From a virus (taxonomy: Duplodnaviria; Caudoviricetes), in IMG/VR virus record IMGVR_UViG_3300049026_000006, positions 1 through 51,905 of that record: a stretch of 51,905 bases of DNA. One strand, 5' to 3'. Within the stretch, counting starts at the first letter, position 1; each line of letters opens with the position of its first letter. This document shows positions 8,602 to 17,090 of this stretch, in pieces. The notes beneath the pieces are model-generated. The model was not told the origin of the DNA. It worked only from the letters and a program-made list of their open reading frames with translations, and did not search any database. The translations under genes were made by a program, and so were the position numbers.

Positions 8602-9717
8602 TCATACCCCTGCCCTGGCGAAAGAAGCAGCGTCACGCTCTCGCAGCTGATCAAGCGTAAGAAATATGCCCTTGTCGTTGTAGAAGTCGTCGAGATCCAG
8701 CCCGCCGTCTCTCAGCAGCTTGCCTCGCACTGGGCCTAACACCTGATCCTGCCGGCCCTCGCTCTGCGACTTGATCCACTCGCCATAGTTAGTGGACTGA
8801 GGGACCTGGCCGTCCATGCTTGCTCTGGTTCCTTCAGATAGGCCCTTCGAAAGGCGTAGCGCCTCGTAACTGGCGATTATTGGGGTAGAGGTGGAGCGGC
8901 AGTTGAAGTGCAGCTTGCCAGGCCCGCTCAGCCAGGGGACCTTATGCCCGACCGGAGCGTGCCTGGTGTCATTGGTGTAGACGAGACGGTCACGCAGCCT
9001 GCACGGCGCCGAAGTCTTGTTGTCCAGCGTGCTCAGCCAGCGAACCTCGGCAACGATGTCGTCGTTCGCCTTGTAGTAAGACTCTCGAACGCCTTGCGCC
9101 GTGTGGCTGATCGCCGTCCGCACCATCGTTTCAACGTCACGACGGCTTCGCTCGATGATCCCGTCCGCATAGGCCTGGGCCCGAGTGCCCATGATGCCGC
9201 GCACTATCTCGTCTGTCGTCCGCCCCTCGACCATCCCGATTCGAATGGCATCGCGGATCCTTGCTGCTCGGCTCTCCTCCAAGTCACCCATCCACTCCTT
9301 GAGCAATCGCCCCTGGAATGGTCGGGACAGCGCGATTTCTCGCACCTGCTCCGGGTTGACCGTATTCAGCTGGACCTGCACCAGGACTTGGCCAGGGATG
9401 ACCCGGGTGAAAAGCGCTCCCTGATACTCGACCTCATACCGGCCGATATCCACAACCGACTCCGCCATAACGTCGCCAATCGAGGCATAAACCGAACTGT
9501 TCAGCTCGTACACGGACGCGAGCACGGTGTTTAGCCGCCTGGCCGTGTACGAGTCAGGCCCAAGGCGATCAATTGCCTCCAGCAGCTTGGTGCGCAGCTC
9601 GGCGTCCACTGCATTGAGCAAGCGGATGATCTTGCGAACCTCGGCATTGCTCAGGTGCTGCAGGTCGACCGCGTGACCGATTGAAGCCGACTGCATTTGC
9701 TCGTTTACGGTGACCAT
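8602..9717 (-). CDS. Minor head protein (Mu gpF / SPP1 gp7 family)
   Basis: VRTAISH, WLSTLDNKTSAPCRLRD and PGKLHFNCRS motifs; follows the portal gene. Confidence 0.88.
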   Translation of the reverse strand: MVTVNEQMQSASIGHAVDLQHLSNAEVRKIIRLLNAVDAELRTKLLEAIDRLGPDSYTARRLNTVLASVYELNSSVYASIGDVMAESVVDIGRYEVEYQGALFTRVIPGQVLVQVQLNTVNPEQVREIALSRPFQGRLLKEWMGDLEESRAARIRDAIRIGMVEGRTTDEIVRGIMGTRAQAYADGIIERSRRDVETMVRTAISHTAQGVRESYYKANDDIVAEVRWLSTLDNKTSAPCRLRDRLVYTNDTRHAPVGHKVPWLSGPGKLHFNCRSTSTPIIASYEALRLSKGLSEGTRASMDGQVPQSTNYGEWIKSQSEGRQDQVLGPVRGKLLRDGGLDLDDFYNDKGIFLTLDQLRERDAASFARAGV

Positions 9718-11097
9718 TTACAGCCCCCCGAGCGCCGGCCCTTGCGATTCGATTTTCCCCAGCTCCTGGGTCCAGTCGTATTCATCACTGATCACGCCGC
9801 GGCGCTGCATTTCGGCGAACAGCGTTTCCTTGGAGAGCATCCCGGCATTCGCCATCGCGACGAGCGTCGGCAGCGACACTTCGGGCATGTAGTCGACGTC
9901 GAAGTTGCCGCGCATCTCGACCGTGCCGCCATCACCCAGACCACGATAATCGGCCATGAACTGGAGAAGCTGGGCCAGGCAGTCGGCAAAGTGATTCGCC
10001 ATCCGTGCCAGCGGCGACAGCTCCTGCGCCGCCTCCTCGTCCGCCTGGGTGGCGGTCTTGGTGGCGCTCTTCTCTGGTGTGAGCAGCTTGGCACCGGCCA
10101 TGCGCATCTCGTCGAGCAAGTCTTGCAGCGCTTCCCTGCCCGCCTTTACCGCCGCCCCGGTGTGCTCGACATACTTGAGATCGCCATCCTTGGGCAGGTC
10201 GGTCAGCGCCCCGGTCCCCACCTTGAATTCAGGCGGAACGACCTTGCCCTGGTTGTCGAACATGGCCTGCACGCCGATGCGCACCAGGATAGGCACGCGT
10301 ATGACGTGAAGGATGTTGTCCTGGTCGCTCTGGCTCTGCCAGTGCTTGACGTTGAGGTGGGCCAGCTCCAGCAGCGGCGGCTTGGCCGTCATGAAACCTG
10401 TGCGGCCCGTGTAGAACGTTACCAGGGAGATTTTCTTGAGGCTGTTGGTGCCCTCTTCATGCAGCGCCCAGGCCCCGCCGTCGGCACCCTTGCGGTAGGT
10501 GCGCCAGGCGCCCGGCTCCAGGACTCGGATCTGCTCGATGCACTTGGCACCAAACTCGCCGTCCTCCTCCTCGACAGACTCGATGTAGCGAAACATCGTG
10601 AGCTGGCCGCCCTTCGACCGCCAGCCCAGCACTTGCTCAGGCTTCACCATCACGGCGTACGGGCGAACCCCTGCCGCGACTTCATCGGCCTGGGTCCGCA
10701 CACCATCCACCGTAGGGTGGTCGATGAACGCATGGCACAGGCCGTGGCTCAGGCCCTCACGGAAGAACTCGACAGCCCAGGAGTTCAGGTCATTGCCAGC
10801 ATGATCGATGTCCTTGGTCATTTCCTTGAGCTGCTCGGGAGCGTCGTCGCCGACCTGCAACGGCTCAGCGAACACCCGCGAAGTCATGTTGCCGACCGTC
10901 TCGGAGTAGGCAGGCAGCAGCGTGGAGAGGCGCAGGCGCTCCTTGTACGAATCGTCAGCCTCGGCTGGATACTGGGGCAGAAGGCTCTTGGCCGCCGCCC
11001 GCATCGCCATCGTTCCACCCATGAGCGGAGTGATCACGTCCCAGTACTTGCGCATGGCGTCAACGGCCGGGAGCGTGTCGCTTGGGTTATTGCTCAT
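9718..11097 (-). CDS. Portal protein (DUF4055-like)
   Basis: About 459 aa after terL; LMGGTMAMR...YKERL, PPLLELAHLNVKHWQSQSD and KTATQA motifs. Confidence 0.88.
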   Translation of the reverse strand: MSNNPSDTLPAVDAMRKYWDVITPLMGGTMAMRAAAKSLLPQYPAEADDSYKERLRLSTLLPAYSETVGNMTSRVFAEPLQVGDDAPEQLKEMTKDIDHAGNDLNSWAVEFFREGLSHGLCHAFIDHPTVDGVRTQADEVAAGVRPYAVMVKPEQVLGWRSKGGQLTMFRYIESVEEEDGEFGAKCIEQIRVLEPGAWRTYRKGADGGAWALHEEGTNSLKKISLVTFYTGRTGFMTAKPPLLELAHLNVKHWQSQSDQDNILHVIRVPILVRIGVQAMFDNQGKVVPPEFKVGTGALTDLPKDGDLKYVEHTGAAVKAGREALQDLLDEMRMAGAKLLTPEKSATKTATQADEEAAQELSPLARMANHFADCLAQLLQFMADYRGLGDGGTVEMRGNFDVDYMPEVSLPTLVAMANAGMLSKETLFAEMQRRGVISDEYDWTQELGKIESQGPALGGL

Positions 11098-11099
11098 GG

Positions 11100-12398
11100 T
11101 TACATTCTCAAGGGCTGGGTCATCGTGAATGGTCTGATGATCGGGTAGTCGTAGTGGATGAAGTAACCGCCGGCGTCGTTCGCGTGGTCGTTGCCTGACT
11201 TCTTGTCCGGCTCCCCATTGGGTGACCACACCTGCTGCTCCAGGCCATCGGCATACGTCGGGCAGGTGAACGGGTTCACCAGGTAGCGCCGCTCGCCCTG
11301 CGCGTTGCAGAACATCGCGTTCATGGCGTTGATCCGGTCCTTCACTGGCGGGTTTGCATCAGGCGCGATCACCGAGAAACCGGCCTGGCTGAGGATCGCG
11401 ATGTCGGTCTCGCTCGCGTTGACCGATTTCCTCGATCCGCCCGAGGCATCCGGGTAAATCCGAATCTCGCACGTCTTCTCGAAAGTGTTGCCGTTGTGGC
11501 GCCAGTACCGCTCTTTGATGCGACGGATCATGTCGGGCGTGTCGTAGCCGTCGATCAGCTCATCGACCGCCCTGGGCATGCCGTGCTCGCGCTTGACGTG
11601 CGTGATCGCTGCCATCTTGCCGACGTTGAAGTCCATCCCGATAAACAGGGGCTCACCGGTCTGCACGGTATCGAAGCACTGGTTTAGCTTTCGGTCATAG
11701 GCCGTGTAGATGGTGCCGGACGTCAGGTTGACGAACTGGCCCTTCAGGTACGCCAGGATCAACTGAGGCGGATACGACTCCATCAGCGATTCGATGTAGT
11801 CGTCCGGCAGGTTCAGCTCGTTGTCGAACGTGCTCGCCTGGACCAGGCCATACATCTCTTTGAGTGACGGCTTGTCGCGCAACTGCTTCACGAACTGCTG
11901 GAAGACGAACTTGAAGCCTTCCGGCGTGGTGGTGACATCCACCCCGTTCTTCAGCCCGGGCAGGTTGTAGCGCATCCGGGCGATGATCTTGCGCCAGGCT
12001 TGCTGCGCCTTGATGGCGGTCAGCACGTCCAGCTCATCCACCAGGGCGTGGCCGATCTTGAAGCCGACGATGGTTTGCGGCTTTTCCATCGACCGGCAGA
12101 TCACAGTGCCGCGGTACTGCCGGCCACTGTAGATGTGAACCTCATGGTTCGCCTGGTTGATCTTGGTCTTCAGCCCCCAGTCATAGGCCACCTCATCCAT
12201 GGTTGGATAGAAGATGTCCCGAATCTGCGGGTAAGTCGGTGCGAAGTATCCGGCGTTGACGCCAGGCCACTCCATGAAGTGCTTGCTCAGCGCCGAGCAG
12301 CCCACCCAGGTCTTTCCTGATCCGAACCCAGCTACGAACGCGCGAAACTTGTGGGGCAGCGTGAGGAACTGAGCCTGGGGAACGTTAAGGCTCGGCAT
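11100..12398 (-). CDS. terL: Terminase large subunit
   Basis: Walker A GFGSGKT, Walker B ALVDE, TTTPEG, nuclease GMDFN and DHANDA motifs. Confidence 0.95.
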   Translation of the reverse strand: MPSLNVPQAQFLTLPHKFRAFVAGFGSGKTWVGCSALSKHFMEWPGVNAGYFAPTYPQIRDIFYPTMDEVAYDWGLKTKINQANHEVHIYSGRQYRGTVICRSMEKPQTIVGFKIGHALVDELDVLTAIKAQQAWRKIIARMRYNLPGLKNGVDVTTTPEGFKFVFQQFVKQLRDKPSLKEMYGLVQASTFDNELNLPDDYIESLMESYPPQLILAYLKGQFVNLTSGTIYTAYDRKLNQCFDTVQTGEPLFIGMDFNVGKMAAITHVKREHGMPRAVDELIDGYDTPDMIRRIKERYWRHNGNTFEKTCEIRIYPDASGGSRKSVNASETDIAILSQAGFSVIAPDANPPVKDRINAMNAMFCNAQGERRYLVNPFTCPTYADGLEQQVWSPNGEPDKKSGNDHANDAGGYFIHYDYPIIRPFTMTQPLRM

Positions 12399-12846
12399 TC
12401 GGCTTCCTCGCATCCACTACATCGACCTGGATGCGGGTCGGGATCACCGGTTCATCGCCAACTTCTTCCTTCCGGTGCCGGTTGACGTAGATATCGCCAC
12501 ACTCTTTTGCCGCCTGCTCCAACAGTTGGGCAGTTAGCGCAATGTTCCTCATGCTTTCGGCTTTCTCAGCCATCCGCCCGAGGGTGCGAAGTCGATGGGC
12601 TCGGTTGGCGATTGGTATCTCCGCTGTCTCCTCCCTGAAGCGCTTCCGGGTGTCGTGAAATAGGGTCACCCACTTAGCCGCGAGAGTCTTGCTTGCCCGC
12701 TTGGTCGCATCATGCGATTCGCAAAGCTGACGGGATATCTCAATGCCGAATTCTTGTTTGACGGCTTCCACCACCTGCGAGGGTGTGTCAAAGCACGCCA
12801 AGGCCTGAACGATGAAGCCTTTCACCTCATTACTCAGGGTTGCCAT
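12385..12846 (-). CDS. terS: Terminase small subunit (DUF2280-like)
   Basis: MATLSNEVKGFIVQALACFDTPSQV; overlaps the terL start. Confidence 0.85.
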   Translation of the reverse strand: MATLSNEVKGFIVQALACFDTPSQVVEAVKQEFGIEISRQLCESHDATKRASKTLAAKWVTLFHDTRKRFREETAEIPIANRAHRLRTLGRMAEKAESMRNIALTAQLLEQAAKECGDIYVNRHRKEEVGDEPVIPTRIQVDVVDARKPNAEP

Positions 12847-12877
12847 AAATTGGATTCCGTCTAGTGCCTGTCAAATT

Positions 12878-13501
12878 TCAGGCCAACTTGAGCAGACAGG
12901 TTCCGCAGGCCCTCGCAATGTTCAATTTCCCCACCTCAGCAGGATTGTTTGCAGCATCCACCAGCACCTGGACGTCAAGGCTCGCACCGTAGCGGCGGAC
13001 CACGCCGACGAACTCCTCTACATCGTGTGAGCGCATCTCAAGCTTGGGTGCGCCATCCTTGGTGAAGGCTGGCTGACCGTACTTATCCATGGCGTGAGCA
13101 ATGTGGTAGCACTCGTGCTCGAGGAGCGCGCAGAAGTCGAGGTCGCTGCACTGGGCGCAGTAGTCGGCAGCCAGGGTGATGATGAAGCTCGGCACATCGC
13201 CGAACCAATCACGCATCTGTTGCTCCATCCGGGCCTTCTGCCAGCCACCAGCACGGAACGTCACCTGTTCGGCCTGGCCCAGGACTGTGCGGCCCTGCTT
13301 GTTGAAGCTCGACGACGCCCACATGACTCGGATGTCTGCATCCAGTAGGTGGGCATGGTCTTCGTTGTGAATGCTGCCGGTGTCGGCAAGGATCTCGGCC
13401 TGGAGCCATTCCCACACTTCGGGTGCTGGGGTCAGGCGGATACCGAAGTCGGAGAGCTCAGACAGTTCGAGCAGTGACCCGGGCGGCATCGGCCTGTCCA
13501 T
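12878..13501 (-). CDS. Phage putative metallopeptidase
   Basis: ALLEHECYH (HExxH) and HDVEEF motifs. Confidence 0.8.
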   Translation of the reverse strand: MDRPMPPGSLLELSELSDFGIRLTPAPEVWEWLQAEILADTGSIHNEDHAHLLDADIRVMWASSSFNKQGRTVLGQAEQVTFRAGGWQKARMEQQMRDWFGDVPSFIITLAADYCAQCSDLDFCALLEHECYHIAHAMDKYGQPAFTKDGAPKLEMRSHDVEEFVGVVRRYGASLDVQVLVDAANNPAEVGKLNIARACGTCLLKLA

Positions 13502-13510
13502 GCGCAATCC

Positions 13511-13762
13511 TCAATCTTCGATGTCGAGCAGCACATCAATCAGCTTTTGCTCACCCAGGCGCATTGCTCCCAGGCATTGCAGGTCGTCGCACTTGGGCCC
13601 GAGCCCGAATACAGTCACCTGGCCTTTCGGGCCAATGATGGTCAGCGCGCCTACGGTGCACTCCGGATGAACGCCAGCATCAAGGTCATCGGCGATCTTG
13701 CGTAGAGTCTTGGCGGCGTCGCGCCATCCCTCACGCTTGAAGTCAATCAGCTTGGCGGTCAT
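13511..13762 (-). CDS. Hypothetical phage protein
   Basis: 83 aa, translationally coupled (ATGA overlap). Confidence 0.6.
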   Translation of the reverse strand: MTAKLIDFKREGWRDAAKTLRKIADDLDAGVHPECTVGALTIIGPKGQVTVFGLGPKCDDLQCLGAMRLGEQKLIDVLLDIED

Positions 13763-13950
13763 ACCTTCACCATGATGTGCGTCTGTGCATGAGCGTGCCC
13801 GTGGAGCTCAGCAACGATCAGGCCCTGGGGAAGGCCGGCGGCCCGGGCAGCGTCCACCGCCTTGGCAATGGCGCTATCCAGATCGGTCAGGGCCTTGTTG
13901 ATGTCCTGGCTCATAGGGAGAGCGTGGCGAAGGCGGGTTACGTTGGTCAT
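13759..13950 (-). CDS. Hypothetical phage protein
   Basis: 63 aa, ATGA overlaps, GGAG RBS. Confidence 0.6.
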   Translation of the reverse strand: MTNVTRLRHALPMSQDINKALTDLDSAIAKAVDAARAAGLPQGLIVAELHGHAHAQTHIMVKV

Positions 13951-14168
13951 ACGCGCTCCAGGGAAATCACGGTGATCTCACCCCATACAGGGTGGAAGTC
14001 GACATGCTCGCCATCGGTAGACTTGAGCGGAAGGTCGCGAACAACAGCTACGCCTGCCTTTGTGTCGCAATAAACGACACCAGTTGCCGGCACGCCGTCG
14101 ATGAATACTTCCCTGCGCCCACGGTAGTCGTCAGCCCAATGGACGTGCTCGCCTGATCGGTCAGACAT
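13947..14168 (-). CDS. Hypothetical phage protein
   Basis: 73 aa, GGAG RBS. Confidence 0.6.
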   Translation of the reverse strand: MSDRSGEHVHWADDYRGRREVFIDGVPATGVVYCDTKAGVAVVRDLPLKSTDGEHVDFHPVWGEITVISLERV

Positions 14169-14183
14169 GATGCTCTCCAGTGT

Positions 14184-14219
14184 CGCGACACAATTTGCTT
14201 ATGCGCGAAACGTGTCGCG
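14184..14219. repeat. 36-bp spaced palindrome, copy A
   Basis: CGCGACAC-AATTTGCTTATGCGCGAAAC-GTGTCGCG, intergenic. Confidence 0.8.
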
Positions 14220-14221
14220 CT

Positions 14222-14446
14222 TTACTCGGGCTGTTCCGGCTGATCAGCGAGCTTGGGCTGCTTGACCACTCTAGACACCGCAACCGCGATGCCGAGCACC
14301 ATGTTCACGACGGCGTAGACCACGGGGTCCACATGCCCTTGGAACGATGACCACCCCGTCGCGGCGGCGTTGAGCACCACACCGACAATCGCCAGTTGCA
14401 CACTGGTCATGCGCCAGGCCTTCCGCCATTCAGGGATCAATTTCAT
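14222..14446 (-). CDS. Holin-like two-TM membrane protein
   Basis: MKLIPEWRKAWRMTSVQL; two hydrophobic segments; C-terminal SRVVKQP. Confidence 0.6.
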   Translation of the reverse strand: MKLIPEWRKAWRMTSVQLAIVGVVLNAAATGWSSFQGHVDPVVYAVVNMVLGIAVAVSRVVKQPKLADQPEQPE

Positions 14447-14666
14447 GGGTTGTCTTCGCTGCTGGCAGTTTTTCCAGGCTTTCGGCATAGCGCTTCCACT
14501 CTCGGGCACTTTTCAGGGCCTCGCGTAGGCGCTCTTCTTGGCCTGGCTGGCATTGTTCGCTGACATATCGGTAAACGGTTGTGCGTTGAACCTTCGGCGG
14601 CTCCTGGATCGCTTCCTTGTGCACACAGCCCGTGAGCAGAATGAGGACGATCAGCAGGCGATTCAC
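14430..14666 (-). CDS. Small lipoprotein (lysis-region, o-spanin-like?)
   Basis: Signal peptide with lipobox LLTG-C. Confidence 0.55.
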   Translation of the reverse strand: MNRLLIVLILLTGCVHKEAIQEPPKVQRTTVYRYVSEQCQPGQEERLREALKSAREWKRYAESLEKLPAAKTTHEIDP

Positions 14667-14980
14667 TTGGGCCTACCTGTCTGGACGAGGGCCTTCAGGC
14701 TCTCCCCTACCTGGTCGATCTTGAACTCCTGGCGCTGGGTGTTCACTCGAAGGGAATCGACCAACTTGTCCGTCGACTCCCTGGACCGCTCCAAAGAATC
14801 CACCCTTTGCCCGATTAGGGCCTGGTTGGTCTGGTAGGCGGCGAGCTGCATCTGGAGCGATCCGAGCGAACCGACCACGTAGACGAAGGCACCAATGGCA
14901 CCGGCTGACAGGATCGTTTGCAGGACCGGGACGACGACCTTGAACGTCGTACTGTCTGCAATGCGCGATACTTCAGTCAT
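14663..14980 (-). CDS. Membrane protein, TM plus coiled coil (holin/antiholin or i-spanin-like)
   Basis: N-terminal hydrophobic helix followed by a heptad-rich region; first lysis-region gene downstream of PR'. Confidence 0.55.
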   Translation of the reverse strand: MTEVSRIADSTTFKVVVPVLQTILSAGAIGAFVYVVGSLGSLQMQLAAYQTNQALIGQRVDSLERSRESTDKLVDSLRVNTQRQEFKIDQVGESLKALVQTGRPK

Positions 14981-15037
14981 GGGCGGTACCGTGGGATAAA
15001 AAGGCCTACGACGGCCCGGGCAATGCCCAAAAATAAA

Positions 15038-15078
15038 TAACACATAAGTGTTGTATTAACACATAAGTGTTGTAGAAT
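15038..15078 (+). promoter_or_regulatory. hicAB promoter with tandem palindromic operators
   Basis: 18-bp direct repeat TAACACATAAGTGTTGTA at 15038 and 15057, each containing AACAC-N4-GTGTT; overlaps TTGTAT-N16-TAGAAT. Confidence 0.75.
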
Positions 15079-15106
15079 GGACTCATCCAAACAACGAGGC
15101 GAGGTG

Positions 15107-15286
15107 ATGAAGTTCAGCGAGTTCAGACGATGGTTGAAGGCCCAAGGGGTGACCTTCGAAGCAGGCAAAGGAAGCCACTTCAAAGTCACCGCCCCAAACG
15201 GCAACAAGACAACCTTCGCGGACCACGGATCCAAGGAAATGCCGGAACCGACCCGCAAGGCGATCATTAAACAACTGGGGCTCTGA
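15107..15286 (+). CDS. hicA: HicA family mRNA interferase toxin
   Basis: 59 aa, MKFSEFRRWLKAQG...GKGSHFK...HGSKEM...IIKQLGL. Confidence 0.92.
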   Translation: MKFSEFRRWLKAQGVTFEAGKGSHFKVTAPNGNKTTFADHGSKEMPEPTRKAIIKQLGL

Positions 15287-15337
15287 GAGCCCCTTCACCA
15301 CATCTGAATGCTGAGCGATCACCTCCAAGGAGTGACC

Positions 15338-15766
15338 ATGTACGACTATGCAATCCGCTTCGAACAGGACGGTAGCGCCCCTGGCGTTGCCGTGTTCTGC
15401 CGTGACCTGCCAGAGCTCAACAGCTTTGGGGATGACCAGGAGCACGCTATCCGTGAGGCCCTGGACGGGATCGAAAGCGCCCTCTCCATCTACGTGGACG
15501 AGCGCCGAGCAATTCCGCCAGCATCCGCCCCTCAGGAAGGCGAGCACGTCGTTCATCTTCCCGCGGTGACCGTGGCGAAGATCGCGCTGTGGAACGCCAT
15601 GATGGAGCGAGGTATGCGCAAGGCTGACCTTTGCCGGCTGTTGGATGTTCGCCAGGCCCAGGGCGACCGCCTTGTCGACTTCCTGCACACATCCAAAATG
15701 GATCAGTTGGAAAGCGCCTTGGCGGCTCTCGGCAAACGACTTTCGCTATCGGTTGAAGCGGCGTAG
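15338..15766 (+). CDS. hicB: HicB family antitoxin with C-terminal HTH
   Basis: VFCRDLPELNSFGDDQEHAIREA...IPPAS motif; HTH in the C-terminal half; AAGGAG RBS. Confidence 0.92.
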   Translation: MYDYAIRFEQDGSAPGVAVFCRDLPELNSFGDDQEHAIREALDGIESALSIYVDERRAIPPASAPQEGEHVVHLPAVTVAKIALWNAMMERGMRKADLCRLLDVRQAQGDRLVDFLHTSKMDQLESALAALGKRLSLSVEAA

Positions 15767-15794
15767 CCAGAAACAGCTCCTGCAAGTGCAGAGG

Positions 15795-16000
15795 CCCTGA
15801 ATAGGTGCGCAGTCTTTCCCGCTGTCTGCCGAAGGCCTTCGCAACGTCGACGCCCCACTGCATCGATCTCGCCGCTCAAGTCTCGCGCCGCCCTGGAAGT
15901 CGGGTGTGAACAGGGTGCGCGGGCTGCCGGTGTTCTTTCGTGACGCGTGACTTCCGGCTATACCGCGTCCAGGCCTTCCCGAGGGCTGCCCTGGCTACAG
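15795..16000 (-). ncRNA. Putative structured RNA in the late leader
   Basis: No credible ORF; nested stems CCAGG/CCTGG, CGCGG/CCGCG, GCCGG/CCGGC, CCCTG/CAGGG, TCGATGC/GCGTCGA; ends in GACAGCGGGAAAGACTGCGCAC. Confidence 0.45.
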
Positions 16001-16005
16001 GTGAA

Positions 16006-16245
16006 TCAGAAAGCGGGCGAGATGTCGAAGTAGTAGTCCTTCCCTTCTTCGAAGTGCTCGGCGTGGTCAGCAGCCACGTTCACGATGTATTCGCCGTACG
16101 GGGTGTACTTGCCATAGATCGCGTCCTCTTCCGCCGGGTTGGCCGACCACACGGCACCGAAGTGCAGGCGCGTCAGTGATTCCGTCGAGCCCTGAACAGG
16201 CCCTTTGGAGCGGAGAGTCATTTTGCAGCGGGTGATTTTGGTCAT
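16006..16245 (-). CDS. Hypothetical protein, first gene of the late operon
   Basis: 79 aa with GAGG RBS; YGKYTPYG...YYFDISPAF. Confidence 0.7.
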   Translation of the reverse strand: MTKITRCKMTLRSKGPVQGSTESLTRLHFGAVWSANPAEEDAIYGKYTPYGEYIVNVAADHAEHFEEGKDYYFDISPAF

Positions 16246-16311
16246 CGGCAGATCCTCGAACGTCGATTGGGCAGGAGGGTCTTTCCGGTCTTTCGCCTGC
16301 ATTTGGGAAAT

Positions 16312-16336
16312 AAAAAACCCGGCGCTTGGCCGGGTT
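16312..16336 (-). terminator. tR'-like terminator
   Basis: AACCCGGC/GCCGGGTT stem plus T tract, about 60 nt downstream of the PR' start. Confidence 0.8.
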
Positions 16337-16378
16337 CAGGGTTTCGTGTGCGTTTCGCGTTACTTGTGCACTATGGGA

Positions 16379-16407
16379 AAAGTACCTTCAAAACCCCACC
16401 ATGTCAA
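16379..16407 (-). promoter_or_regulatory. Late promoter PR'-like (sigma70)
   Basis: TTGACA-N17-TACTTT immediately after the Q-like gene. Confidence 0.8.
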
Positions 16408-16412
16408 TATCA

Positions 16413-17090
16413 TTATGCCGCTTCCTGCTCTTTTTCCGCGTGAATCACCTGCCAGATTGGCTGTTGAGCCTGAATATCCACTTCCTTGATCACTTCTTTC
16501 AGGGATTCCCACAAGGTCTGCCAGTCGCGATTCCAGTGCTTCGGCTCTATGGATACGCCGAAAAAGGTATCCATCTCGGCCGCCACCCGGGCCGGCCCCC
16601 ACTCAGCCGCACCGTGGACTTCCCCCTTGTACGATTGCAGCGCCATGGTGACCAGATACTGGGCCTTCACCCGTTTGGCGGATGTCAGGTCAGGCAGTGC
16701 GGCCTTGGCGGTGATCAACAGCACCGCATTCATGACGTGCCGCATGTTCATCGCCGGGTGGTACAGGTAGTGGCCGAACTGCTGCACCTGAAATGGCAGC
16801 GTGTCGATTGCCCGAAGCACCTTCCCAATGGTCGCCAGATGCGCGGCACGGGCAGTGGACCGGCCAACCGGAGTACGGCGAGTCTCGCTGATGCTGATCT
16901 TCTGGCGAACTACCTGGATGCGTTCCTCCTTGTCCTCGCCCAAGGCCGCGAACACGGCCTCATGGCGCCGCATGCGGGTGCCCTTCTTCACTGGTGCGGA
17001 TGCCGCCTTGTCGATTGCTGCAGCGCTGATCGACGCGTTCGATTCGTGCTGAGCCTCGGTCCATACTTGCCTTGCGTTGATCAGCTTCAT
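16413..17090 (-). CDS. Late antiterminator (Q-like)
   Basis: 225 aa after ninG and directly before PR'/tR'; call rests mainly on synteny. Confidence 0.65.
   Translation of the reverse strand: MKLINARQVWTEAQHESNASISAAAIDKAASAPVKKGTRMRRHEAVFAALGEDKEERIQVVRQKISISETRRTPVGRSTARAAHLATIGKVLRAIDTLPFQVQQFGHYLYHPAMNMRHVMNAVLLITAKAALPDLTSAKRVKAQYLVTMALQSYKGEVHGAAEWGPARVAAEMDTFFGVSIEPKHWNRDWQTLWESLKEVIKEVDIQAQQPIWQVIHAEKEQEAA

Noticed and set aside
2618-11148. Long plus-strand ORFs (2618..3697, 6181..7464, 7353..8351, 9697..11148 and others)
   Set aside because: Antisense shadows of high-GC structural genes; no RBS or recognisable motifs.
14062-14080. GTGTCG-N7-CGACAC palindrome near copy A
   Set aside because: Arms are in the opposite order with different spacing, inside a coding region; not counted as the same element.
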